From: Octopus sinensis
Taxonomy: Eukaryota
Length of the DNA stretch: 64,000 bases
Direction of reading: 5' to 3'
Assembly (NCBI RefSeq): GCF_006345805.1
Contig: NW_021835982.1
Location: 1 to 64,000 of the forward strand
The notes beneath the pieces are model-generated. The model was not told the DNA's origin. It saw nothing but the letters and a program-made list of their open reading frames with translations, and ran no database searches. Shown piece by piece: positions 26,926 to 38,219 of this stretch. Position 1 is the first letter of the stretch; each line of letters opens with the position of its first letter. Position numbers and translations under genes: made by a program.

Positions 26926-27659
26926 TATTTTATATGACTTATGAATTTTTGAAGAGAATGATGAGTTCGGATATTTTTTCAAAGTCTTGACTTTGCCAAA
27001 TTTAAATCTATATTAAGTTGACTTAATGACTTTCAGTTGTCATCAATGTCACTGATTAACTCCATTCTTGCGGATTTCTGAAACAGTGTCAAACTTTAAT
27101 TAACCGAAATTTTGTATTAGGCGTCGTATTTCCACAACGTCCTATGACATCAAGCTGTTATTGAATGCTGGGATTGGGTGAACCCATATATTCGTATATT
27201 GAAGACGTGTGACAGGAAATTTCGCAACGGTAGTCTGTTTCTTTCGACTATGTGCCGAGACATAAACGGAAGAAAACTTACGAAAACAGCTCAAGCAGGA
27301 AGTCTGGGTAAGTTCAGAAGGAATAATCCAGTGGAAAAGGAACTGAATAAAGAAAAACAATATGTGTGTGTGTGTGTGTGAGAGAGAGAGTTTGTATGTG
27401 GTGAAATATAAATAGATATATATAGATATTTGTACGTGTATGTGTATGTGTGTATATGTATACATATGTATTTAAATTTGCGTATCCATGTGTGTGCGCG
27501 CGCGAGCGTGTGTATGTAAGAGTGAGCGAAGTGAAAGTTACATATAATGAAAAAAAATGTCTAACTAAATATCAGAGAACACTTACAATGTATAATTCTA
27601 TAATATCGTATAAACAGGAAATATACACACAACGCTATCTGAACAGGATAGTGGGTTGT

Positions 27660-27708
27660 TTTGGCATATATATGTATATATATATGTATATATATATATT
27701 ATATATAT

Positions 27709-27741
<33 letters not shown>

Positions 27742-27958
27742 CTACAATATATACATAGATATATATATATACATATATATACATATAATAACATATATAT
27801 TTCATAAACACACACACAAATGTATACATATGTACACACATATGTTTATCATTTACTTACTTACACATTTATATCTCTCTGTAATGTAGGTGTTAATATG
27901 CATACACGCACGAGCATATCACACATATACAACTTATATATATATATGTGTGTGTGTG

Positions 27959-27994
<36 letters not shown>

Positions 27995-28195
27995 TATAAA
28001 TATGTGTAATCGTATATGTATATTCTACCAATAATATATATGTGTGTGTGTGTGTGTGTGTATTAATATATATATATATAATATATATATATATATATAA
28101 TATTTATAAATATGTATAATCGTATATGTATATTCTATCAATATATATATATGTGTGTGTGGTGTGTGTGTGTGTGTCTCTCTCTCTTGTATATA

Positions 28196-28229
<34 letters not shown>

Positions 28230-28294
28230 CTGTGTGTGTGTTTATCTATCTATCTATCTATCTATATGTCTATCTATCTATATATATGTATATA

Positions 28295-28326
<32 letters not shown>

Positions 28327-28390
28327 ATATATATATATATAATATACATATTATATATATATATACATATATATACATATATATATAATA

Positions 28391-28470
<80 letters not shown>

Positions 28471-28530
28471 GATATAAAGAATATATATATAACGCGCACT
28501 CACACACACACATATATATATATAGACAGG
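27660..28530. repeat. compound (TA)n/(TG)n/(TCTA)n block with a local ~90-bp tandem duplication
   Basis: ATAATATTTATAAATATGT(G/A)TAATCGTATATGTATATTCTA occurs twice (about 27985 and 28095). Confidence 0.9.
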
Positions 28531-28956
28531 GGTATTTTGAGAGATATCAAACAATATATTTCAATAAGTATCCCGGAATATTCCTCACAAAATTAAGACA
28601 CATAGCCTAGAGTTGTCTGTGCTTAACTTAAGATCTATGCGTCATCTGTTCGCATCTGCAACTGGCTGGTGCATTGTGTCATGTTCACCCAATTCACTCA
28701 TTTTAAATTGAGCAGCTGTAAGGTCTAGGTCTCGATGCTCCCACGTTCTTGGTGCCGTCTTGCAACATCAATTGTGTCAAACGTTTCGGAGTGTTCACCC
28801 GTTATCATGATGTCGAGAGTCTTAACGAAAAGACAAGAATGAGCTCTCCTTCAAATCTCTCCGTTTTGCCTCAGTATCAGAAAAATGACAGCTGCTTTTC
28901 TTTGATTGTAATACATCATAATGAATTCTAATTAAATCCTTGCACGCTGTATTTAA

Positions 28957-30630
28957 TCTCTTATTATAAAAGGCAGATTTTATCTGCCTCCCTTTGTAGC
29001 TTATAGAAATCTACAATATAGGATTTCTTCAATTACAATTTACCTAGCATTTTTAAGAGTAGAATGCATCGGGTCGTGCCAGGTCCAGTTTTTAAAATTT
29101 AAACTCCAATTAAGCAAAATTTACAGAAAACTCACATTCTGGTGTGTATGTCAAATGCTTTTCTTAATTTGGTTTACACCACACGCACACGCACACACAC
29201 AGTGTGCAACGAATAAAATGAAAGTAAATAGCGACAGAGTGATCTGAGGAAGACTAAACTGAAAGTATTTAAACCACTACTCAAAAAATAAAAAAACACA
29301 CCAAACAGAAACAAATAAATACATAACGATTTACTCCTCACACAATTTCTTCAATTAGAGTTTACCTAAGATTTTTCAAAGTACTCCATTCGGTCATGCC
29401 ATAATATATTTCTTTCAATTTCACCCCCCAATTAAGACAAAATTCGAGAAAACTTAATATTTAACATTTCACTCCGAAAGCTTGATGTACATGTGTGCGT
29501 GCGTGAGTGTGTGTGTGTGTGTGGTGTGTGTGTGTGTGTGTGTGTGTGTTTGATGGGTTGTGCGACACAGAAAGTGGTGGTGTGTAAGTGAAGTGCTTTT
29601 GTTAGTGTGTGTAAAGAGACAGAGAGTGAAAGACAGAAATAACTGAACTTTTTTTATTCACTTTTTGTAGTAGTGACTGAGAGAGAAAAGAGAGAGAGAG
29701 GTTATGTATGTATATATGTATGTATGGCTTCAGTGACACACACACACAAAAACCATACCTACGTACACCTAAAGCACGCAACACACACACACACAAGCGG
29801 AGCGCGAACTTCAAAATTTTGGTAGTATTAATTTGCGAGCCTACTTCTAAGCGCGCATAATTGAAGTTTTCACTATGATATCATCACGTGCGAAAAAATT
29901 CGAAGGGTTTTGAACAATTGAGATACAGATGTCACGCCTGTATTGAAACCATTGCTAAGCTGCCGTAATGCTTAATTAAGACTTTGTTTAAATTGAAAGG
30001 GGCAAATATGTGACGAGGTTGAAAAAAAATACCCCAGAAAAAAAATGTACTGCTGGTATTTATATAATTCACTACTATTTTGCTACAATGTCATGAAAAG
30101 AAAAAATTTAGGTATGTAAATCGAATTCGCCACCCCCTTTTCCCCGTTCGCGTTTGTGTAAAAAAAATTATTTAAGTTTTTAAAATTATTTATTTGTTCA
30201 AAAAATATTAATATTAATTAATTTCAAGAATTATTTAATTTTATTCTGTAAATAGTAATTAATTCATTTATCTGTAAATCCGCGAGGTTGTTACTCAGGC
30301 ACCTAGAATGCTAACCGTCAACTAACACTATCTCCTCCGAGACCCTGCGGCGCAAGTTGACCAAATTGAGAGTATGGTAGAAGAAGGGTTGCTCTTCCTT
30401 CCGTAGAACATAAAATTCAATCGGACCATGTTAACACAAAAAACACAAATTATTTACATCAAAAAGATGCTTTTTTCTATGAAAATCCCTATTTTTTACG
30501 ATTTTTTCACTGCTGTGTCGCCACTTTTCGTGTCTTTCGACCAGAAAAATGTTCACAAAATTTTTACTTTTCAAAATTACAATTCCAGCGGGTCGAAACA
30601 AACCCGAGCAACGCCGGGCGATACTGCTAG
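28957..30630 (+). mobile_element. non-autonomous Helitron (about 1.7 kb)
   Basis: 5' A|TCTCTTATTATAAAAGGCAG resembles the 19267 start; 3' CCCGAGCAACGCCGGGCGATACTGCTAG|T matches the 19647 end. Pairing of these two ends is inferred. Confidence 0.65.
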
Positions 30631-30680
30631 TGTAATATATTAACTAAATTATATTTACATTTTATATTTATATTTACAAA

Positions 30681-30910
30681 GGCGGCGAACTGGCAGAAAC
30701 GTTAGCACGCCGGACGAAATGCTTAGCGGTATTTCGTCTGCCATTATGTTCTGAGTTCAAATTCCGCCGAGGTCGACTTTGCCTTTCATCCTTTCGGGGT
30801 CGATAAATCAAGTACCAGTTACGCACTGGGGTCGATGTAATCGACTTAATACCTTTGTCTGTCCTTGTCTGTCCCCTCTATGAAAGCCCCTTGTGGGTAA
30901 TAAAGAAATA
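30681..30910 (+). mobile_element. Meta-like SINE family C monomer (tail 1)
   Basis: tRNA-like head (TGGCAGAAACGTTAG...GAGTTCAAATTCC), Meta-like core, tail ...TGTGGGTAATAAAGAAATA. Confidence 0.85.
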
Positions 30911-31254
30911 TATATATTTACATTTTTGAGTCTTTGCGTGTGTATACGTGTGTGTGTGTGTGTTTGTGTGTGTGAATAGGTGGGAGTACATAACCGAATA
31001 TAATTTGTTTTAAAGACTTTTAAGACAATTTGTTTAAAAACTTCAAACTACAGTCGTTTTCTTTTTAACGGTCATTTAGCTTGTAATGATATTGTTCAAG
31101 ATGTCAACTACTCAGAAACTGTAGCATCCGTTGAATTTTTCCGTAGAAGGGAATTTGTATGAATATTTTTGCATTTATCAGTGTTTTTAACGATTGGTTT
31201 ACGATTTTTTACGATTGGTTGTTCTACCTAATATGTTCAGGGTAATTATTGTTA

Positions 31255-31456
31255 ATGACATGCTCACATACTTCCTGTCAGGTATCCCAGATGAACCAAC
31301 TTCACGACAGGAGGTGCAGATGAGGGCAGCTACATCAAACTCTCTCATGCACCCAATGTTATTTGCTAAAAAGCATTCGTGAAGTAAAATCCTGTAGCAA
31401 CACCGAATGGCGGTGCCCCAGCATGGCCACAGCTTGTGAGCTGAAACGAGATAAAA
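31255..31456 (+). mobile_element. 3' end of a second CR1-group LINE; its 3' UTR matches the SINE B tail
   Basis: LTYFLSGIPDEPT...RAATSNSL resembles the CR1-group C-terminus (compare LDKFLQTVPDKPP at about 6310). It is followed by GGCGGTGCCCCAGCATGGCCACAG...CTGAAAC at 31409-31447. Confidence 0.65.
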
Positions 31457-31653
31457 TTATGAAATGAATGCTACTGTCATCACTTACTGCGGCAATCATT
31501 CTCAAACCACCATAAAATTAAAAGATGAATTAATCGAAGATCATCTGAACCGCTTTTAAACATGTTTATGTACATATAAATATAGAATGTGTGTGCGTTT
31601 GCGCACGTGTGTGTGTGTGTGTGTATGTGAGTGTGTGTGTGTGTATGTGTGTG

Positions 31654-31685
<32 letters not shown>

Positions 31686-32040
31686 ATTGTTTACTCTAAA
31701 GGTACGCCGAAGGGCGCGACTCGCTACCAAAGCGTGTGGGTGCTCACTTTTTGCAGACTAATGCTGATAAATGGAGCCATTGTCATTTGTTAACGTAAGC
31801 TGGGCCGTAGGCTCAAATAAGTGATATCTATCAATTTCGCAAAACACGTGAACACTATATAACGCTTTAATACCGACTACGACTTCTGCTTCTATGTTTG
31901 CATCCATAAATTCTTATATATATATGTGTATATATATATATAATATATATATATATATATAATGTATAGAACAATCTTACTTAGAAATGGATGCGTGCGT
32001 TCAGTCATATATAAATAAATAAATAAAAAAGCTATGCTAT

Positions 32041-32473
32041 ATACATACTATATGTACGTACCTACCTCAACATGTATATATACATGCATATGGGTACAGG
32101 ACACCAAAAAAACGTCGAACACAATGAGAAAGGAAAACATAGACACAAAAACAAGGATATGGACATTTCTTTTAAACACGAAAAAATAGAGTACAGGACA
32201 TACAAAACAAGGAAAATTCCCCTTCTTCAGTCGCCTTAATTTCAACCTTCGAAATGTGGAGTAGATGAAATTAAGGCGACTGAAGAAGGGGAATTTTCCT
32301 TGTTTTGTATGTCCTGGACTCTATTTTTTCGTTGTTTAAGAAAAATGTCCGGTTCCTCGGCTTTGTGTTTAAGTTTTCGTTTCTCATTGTGCTCGACGTT
32401 TTTTTGGTGTCCTGTACCCATATATGCATGTATATATACATGTAGAGGTAGGTACGTACATATATGTATGTAT
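32041..32473. repeat. long imperfect inverted repeat (foldback/MITE-like), ~204-bp arms, 21-nt loop
   Basis: 32041-32244 is reverse-complementary to 32266-32473, with scattered mismatches and indels. Confidence 0.9.
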
Positions 32474-32482
32474 ATATGCATA

Positions 32483-32513
<31 letters not shown>

Positions 32514-32515
32514 CA

Positions 32516-32733
32516 TATTGAGCGAAAACACCTAAAGTTCGACGAGGCTCCGGCAGGGGGCGGGGTGATCCCTGCTGTACTCTTTCGCCACCAATTTCTG
32601 TCACTCTTTCTTCTGTTGGCCTGCTCGCTTAGCCAGCAGGGTGGCGTCATTTGAAGGCTAAAACAATGTGAAGCGCATTGTGACAAGCGATGTGTAGCAA
32701 TATTTGATAGCCTGGTCGGTCACGGGGATCACG

Positions 32734-32737
<4 letters not shown>
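32516..32737 (+). mobile_element. SINE family A body with tail type iii (5'-truncated)
   Basis: TTGAGCGAAAACACCTAAAG...GGCTCCGGCAGG body, then GCCTGCTCGCTTAGCCAGC...GGTCGGTCACG tail. Confidence 0.75.
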
Positions 32738-32785
<48 letters not shown>

Positions 32786-32869
32786 CTATATATATATATA
32801 TATATACAGAGAGAGAGAGAGGGAAGGCGATAGATAGATAGATAGTTAGATAGATGTATATAATGGAGA

Positions 32870-33079
32870 AATTACTCTTTTACTCTTTTACTTGTTTCAG
32901 CCATTTCACTGTGGGCCATGCTGGAGCACCGCTTTTAGTAGAAGGAATCGATCCCGAGACTTATTCTTTATAAGCCTAGTACGTATTATATCGGTCTCTT
33001 TTGCCGAACCGCTAATTTACGGTGACGTAACACACCAGCATCGGTTGTCAAGTGAGGTTGGGGGACAAACCAGACAAAA

Positions 33080-33111
<32 letters not shown>

Positions 33112-33176
33112 CACACACACTATATATATATAATATATATTATATATATAATATATATATATATATGTGTATATAT

Positions 33177-33254
<78 letters not shown>

Positions 33255-33428
33255 CATATATATACGACGGGCTTCTTTCAGTTTCTGTCTACCAAATCCA
33301 CTCAGAAGGCTTTGGCCAACCCGAGGCTATAGTAGAAGACACTTGCCCAAAGTGCCACGCAGTGGGATTGAACCCGGAACCATGTGGTTGGTAAACAAGC
33401 TACTTACCACACAGCCACTCCTGAGCCT
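32870..33428 (-). mobile_element. SINE family B, full length with expanded internal TA tract
   Basis: Head GGCTCAGGAGTGGCTGTGTGGTAAG at 33428; tail at about 32880. Confidence 0.85.
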
Positions 33429-33435
33429 AATTTAG

Positions 33436-33527
33436 AAAATATGGAACTCTTCACGAATTTGCGTGTCATCCTGGTGCAGGGGCCATGCTAATCTATGTAT
33501 CGTTCCAATTTTAGAATATATGCCGCC
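33436..33527 (-). pseudogene. U6: U6 snRNA pseudogene (5'-truncated, ACAGAGA box disrupted)
   Basis: Minus strand reads GGCGGCATATATTCTAAAATTGGAACGATACATAGATTAGCATGGCCCCTGCACCAGGATGACACGCAAATTCGTGAAGAGTTCCATATTTT, colinear with canonical U6. Confidence 0.92.
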
Positions 33528-33799
33528 ATCAAAAATCTATAAAGAGATGATGAGAAAAGTACGGGCACAGCTTCGAGTACCTGTTGTTATCCGTAGATTC
33601 ATTGCCGGAACTTCGTAGTGGCGGCTGGGATAACAGTATTAATAAAATAGATGGAATGTGTAATAGACTTTATTGGGAAAAACACATGTTCCGATCAGTT
33701 CTGGGTCTCTTCAGGGACATCAATAGAAAGTCTCACTAGAGATTTCTTGAGTTGGCTTATGTACCGCTATATGTCCATCAACTTCAAGAATTTTATTAA

Positions 33800-34213
33800 T
33801 ACTATATATATATATATATATATATATAAAAGTGAAGTTGTGTGTCTGTCTCCTACGATTTAGATTCCTAACTACTCCCACATTTTGCGGTGCAGTTTAA
33901 CCAAAACCGGGTATCTTATAGTCGTGATTCCTATCGAGCCCTTCTGCGTATTAGCGCGTGTCTACGATGAGTTTACGATTTTAAAAAAATTTACCATCAT
34001 TTTTTCCATTTTAATGCATTTTTTTCGCTATTACATAAGGGAAGTAACTCTCTAAAAATGTCTACGATGAGTCAAAGATTTAAAAAAAAATTTACCATCA
34101 TTTTTTTTCCATTTTTAATGCAATATTTTGCTATATTTTGGCTATAACCCTCTAAAAATGCTTATATAGTTATTTCCCTTACAAATCCGAACAACGCCGG
34201 GCGATGCTGCTAG
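33800..34213 (+). mobile_element. non-autonomous Helitron
   Basis: The last ~110 bp are homologous to 19540-19647 and end CCGAACAACGCCGGGCGATGCTGCTAG|T. The 5' end is lost in a TA tract. Confidence 0.7.
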
Positions 34214-34224
34214 TATATATATAT

Positions 34225-34420
34225 TCTTTTACTTGTTTCAGTCATTTGACTGCGGCCCTGCTGGAACACAACCTTTAGTCAAACAAATCGCCCCCAGGAC
34301 TTGTTCTTTTTAAGTCTGGTATTTGTTCTGTCGGTGTTTTTTGCCGAACCGCTATGTTATGGGGACGTAAACACACCAACATCGGATGTCGAGTGATAAT
34401 GGGGGGGGGGACAAACACAG
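34225..34420 (-). mobile_element. SINE family B 3' fragment
   Basis: TTTTACTTGTTTCAGTCATTTGACTGCGGCC tail in reverse orientation. Confidence 0.8.
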
Positions 34421-35583
34421 ACATACAAATATGTGTGTGTGTATGTGTGTATGTGTATGTGCGTGTGTACGCACATATTATATATATATATATTAAGATA
34501 TTTGTGTTTGAATGCGTTGCAATAACTCAGATTGGCTTTCCATAGTTGTTTACACCCAGTTAAAAACCCCGGTACTATTATTATTGTAATTAACTCTCCT
34601 TCTTCATGTAGTGAGTTTTTAACCTTTCCTGTCTGTCTGCTTGTGTATGTATATATATATCTATGTGTGTGTCTGTGTGTGTGTGCGCGCGCGCATGTGT
34701 GTGCGTGAGGGTGTGAGTGTGTGTGCACGTTCTACGTATCTTACACTATGCGCGAGCGTGTTTTGATTACGTTTCGTATTGCGTTTGTGCGTATTTCGTG
34801 TGTATGTGTGTATCTGTATTATGTTATATAAAAAGTATGATAATTAAAATGCAATAATTAAGGGTGTGTTTTGAGCAATCAGTTTCAAGAGAAATCATCT
34901 GTAATTTGAATGCAATGACAGAAAATGCTCGCAATTAAAGCAGACATAGACATGCTCTTGTATTCCTAAATTGGTTATTGAAGTAGGCCTTCTAACGTAT
35001 GCGTGTCATATATGCGTGTGTATTTGTTTGATGTTGCTTCATTCAATATTTCCTTATTCAGCAGAGGTGACATTTCCTGTCAACATTAGCGGGTCTTTTG
35101 AAAGTGATGTAAATGAGGGGGGAGATTTTGGCCCCCGAGTGTTTAGGCCTAATTGGATCGAGTGGTCACAGCTGGACGCATACAAACAATGAACGTGTAC
35201 ACGTTAAGGACACAAATGTGAAAAATGAGTAATCAAGCAGAGGCGAAGAGTGGTAGTGTATCTAGTCGAAAGTCAGCTTTCCGAAGTGTAACTCGGAGTT
35301 CAACGTTTTAAAACGTCAGGCCTTGAAACCTCACCAGGTAGTGGTTGCAATTCCTGGACGTTGCGTCCTTCAGCAAAAACATATCATCTCTGTTATTCTA
35401 CCATCATTTCGATCTCTGACGCGTGGTTCGCCGTACACATTTTCAGGCAACGTTGATTTGCTGGATGGAGTGAGCTATGAACAGCACATACGTTTGATCT
35501 TTGCAAACAAACTATTTGTGCAATGGTTCAGCAAAAAAACTGAACACGCGTACAACGTCCTCGAAAGGAGATTCCATATCATA

Positions 35584-35625
<42 letters not shown>

Positions 35626-35629
35626 GTTC

Positions 35630-35841
35630 TTTTCTGCTCTAGGCACAAAGCCCGAAATTTTGGGTGAGGGGGCCAGTCGATTATATCGACCTCACTACGC
35701 AACTGGTACTTAATTCATCGACACCGAAAAAATGAAAGACACAGTCGACCTCAGTGGAATTTGAATTCAGAACGTAAAGACAGACGAAATACCGCTAAGC
35801 ATTTCGCCCGGCTTGTTAACGTTTTTGCCAGCTCGCTGCCT
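35630..35841 (-). mobile_element. Meta-like SINE family C monomer (tail 2)
   Basis: Homologous to the head and core of 30681-30910. Confidence 0.8.
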
Positions 35842-35983
35842 TCACATAGATATAAATTTATATATATATATAAAGATATGTATGTATGAATGTATGTATG
35901 TATGTATGCATGTATGCATGTATGTATGTATATAAATATATATATATACATATATACATACATATATATAATACGTATGTTTG

Positions 35984-36016
<33 letters not shown>

Positions 36017-36141
36017 GTATATGTATACATATACATTATATAAATATATATATATAATTATTATTATATATATATATATATATATAGGTGTGTTTGTGTG
36101 TATGTGTGTGTGTGTGTATGTATATACACACGCACAATTAT

Positions 36142-36450
36142 GTGGAGACGCAATGGCTCAGTTAAGGCAGCGGACTCGCGGTCGAGGGATCACGGTTTCG
36201 ATTCCCAGGCCGGGCGTTGTGTGTGTTTTTTGAGCGAAAACACCCAAAGTTCGACGAGGCTCTGCCAATGGGTAGTGTCGACTCCTGTTGTACTCTTTCT
36301 CCCCAAATTTCTCTTTCGCTTTCTTCCTGTTACTTGAGTAACGCTGCGATGTACTGGCGTCCGGTCCAGCTGGGGGGAACACATACGCCATAGAAACCGG
36401 GAAACCGAGCCTATGAGCCTGGCTAGGCTTGAAAAGGGCGCATTAAAAAC
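36142..36450 (+). mobile_element. SINE family A head with tail type ii
   Basis: GTGGAGACGCAATGGCTCAG...GGTTTCGATTCCCAGGCCGGGCGTTG head followed by a different 3' tail (...GAAACCGGGAAACCGAGCCTATGAGCCTGGCTAGGC). Confidence 0.8.
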
Positions 36451-36470
36451 ATTTACAAACACACACACAC

Positions 36471-36528
<58 letters not shown>

Positions 36529-36611
36529 ATTATATATATATGGTAAACACGGTAAGTAAGATAAAAGAAAGAGACCTCAATATTATGCAAATAGAGGAAA
36601 TTTATCTTTAA

Positions 36612-36732
36612 AATAATATGTGACAATAATTCAATAGCCAAGAAAACCGAAGAGATGGTGTTGTCGATTTCCACCTCGGCATCCGAAACACAGAGTTTTA
36701 TCTTGGCTATTGAATAAATGTCACATATTATT
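36612..36732 (+). ncRNA. type I hammerhead-like fold with long stem I
   Basis: About 34-bp inverted arms enclose CCGAAGA-GATG...CATCC-GAAAC-ACAGA-GTT. The core has U4->C. Confidence 0.5.
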
Positions 36733-36854
36733 TTACAGATATATATATATATATATATATCAAATTAAAAGGAAACAAATCACGACGAGAATAGCAGGTC
36801 ATTTAGGATATTTAATTAGAGTAAAGTTGAATCAAGAAAGGAGAACTAGAAGTA

Positions 36855-36934
36855 TTGTCTTACAGCTGTTTCTGGGATATCCTAGTTAATGTGTCAACAC
36901 ACCTACAGACTGATTATTCCGTCATCAGAGACAA
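36855..36934 (-). ncRNA. minimal type I hammerhead ribozyme-like motif
   Basis: Minus strand reads TTGTCT-CTGATGA-[stem II, decayed]-GAAAC-AGCT-GTA-AGACAA: perfect 6-bp stem I, canonical core, palindromic stem III ACAGCTGT. Confidence 0.7.
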
Positions 36935-37487
36935 GTTTTGTATGCAGGAAAGTTCCTGACAGAGAATTTACAGTAGATAGGAGAATAAAACACTAGATAG
37001 AAGAATAAATTTCATAGCTCATCTTATTTTGGGTGAGTGGTGCGTGCATGTGTGTGTCTGTGTGCACTTGTAAAACGAATCTTGTAAAATTAAATTATTT
37101 TGCAACAATAACTACATGTACTGATATATTTCAGAACCGGCTTCGATTTTCATGTTTCGTCTTGTAAAGTAATTTACAGCATTCTCAACACTTGGGCCAA
37201 TTCGATAAATACAAAAGCTGACACTTGCCGAAGTACTTATTCATGAATAGGCTGTAAAGCTCTAGTGTATTGTTGTAATTTAAAACTATAAAACTGAGCT
37301 AGACACTGCTTTCGAGATTACAAACAAGGCCAAACACTGGACTAATTAATACTAATAAAATAAAGAGCATAATTGAGATGTATGTATGTGTGTGAGTGCG
37401 TATAAATATAACTATGTATGTATCTATTTACTTATCTTTGAATAAAGTTATGTGTATGAATGTGCTTTGCATGTATGTGTATACATG

Positions 37488-37533
<46 letters not shown>

Positions 37534-37590
37534 TGTGTGTGAAAGTGAGTGTGTGTGTGTCCATGTATAATCACGTGAGTGTGTGTACTC

Positions 37591-37628
<38 letters not shown>

Positions 37629-38158
37629 TATATATATTCAGTATATGAGTATACACATGTATATGTATTTGCGTACAATTAGTAGGTTGATGTGTGTAAT
37701 CAATAGCTGAAGAATTTTTGTCTATGCTTAGAAGAAAGCTAAAAGAAAAGAGTTGAATAGTTGCTCAGGATTTAACATATTTTAGCATATTTTTTCATAA
37801 TAGGCATAGTACGTTCCAAAACTGTTTTTGTTCCAACAAATTGCTACCTATGGTACTACGGGAACAGACTATTATTGCTACCCCTAAGACAACGCAGTTT
37901 GAAGTCTACATCGGTTCATCCATTTAGTACAACCTACTTATCTCATTTCAGTAGCTGTATTTTCCAGTTTAAACAGAATCAATGCGTAGACCATGCGGGA
38001 AGTCGTACGTACCCCAGAAAAGGGAGTTTTCTGCTCCCAGGGGCCCAACTGTTCATTATGTGAAAAATTTTAAGAGCCTAAAACTATCTCTAGAAATAAG
38101 AAATGTATGTTCCCAGATTCGAGAAAATCAGTTGCGAACCTCAGAATTCTTGCGAGTT

Positions 38159-38202
<44 letters not shown>

Positions 38203-38219
38203 TTTATATAGATAGATAT

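Noticed and set aside
32240-32290. Permuted (type II) hammerhead in the loop of the foldback element
   Set aside because: CTGAAGA and GAAA are both present, but stems I-III cannot be formed convincingly.
33680-33725. Hammerhead-like CTGAAGA...GGAACATGTG (minus strand)
   Set aside because: GAAA is mutated, there is no valid NUH triplet and no stem I partner; at most a decayed relic.
34971-35192. 73-aa ORF with a possible splice acceptor
   Set aside because: No recognisable homology; short enough to arise by chance.
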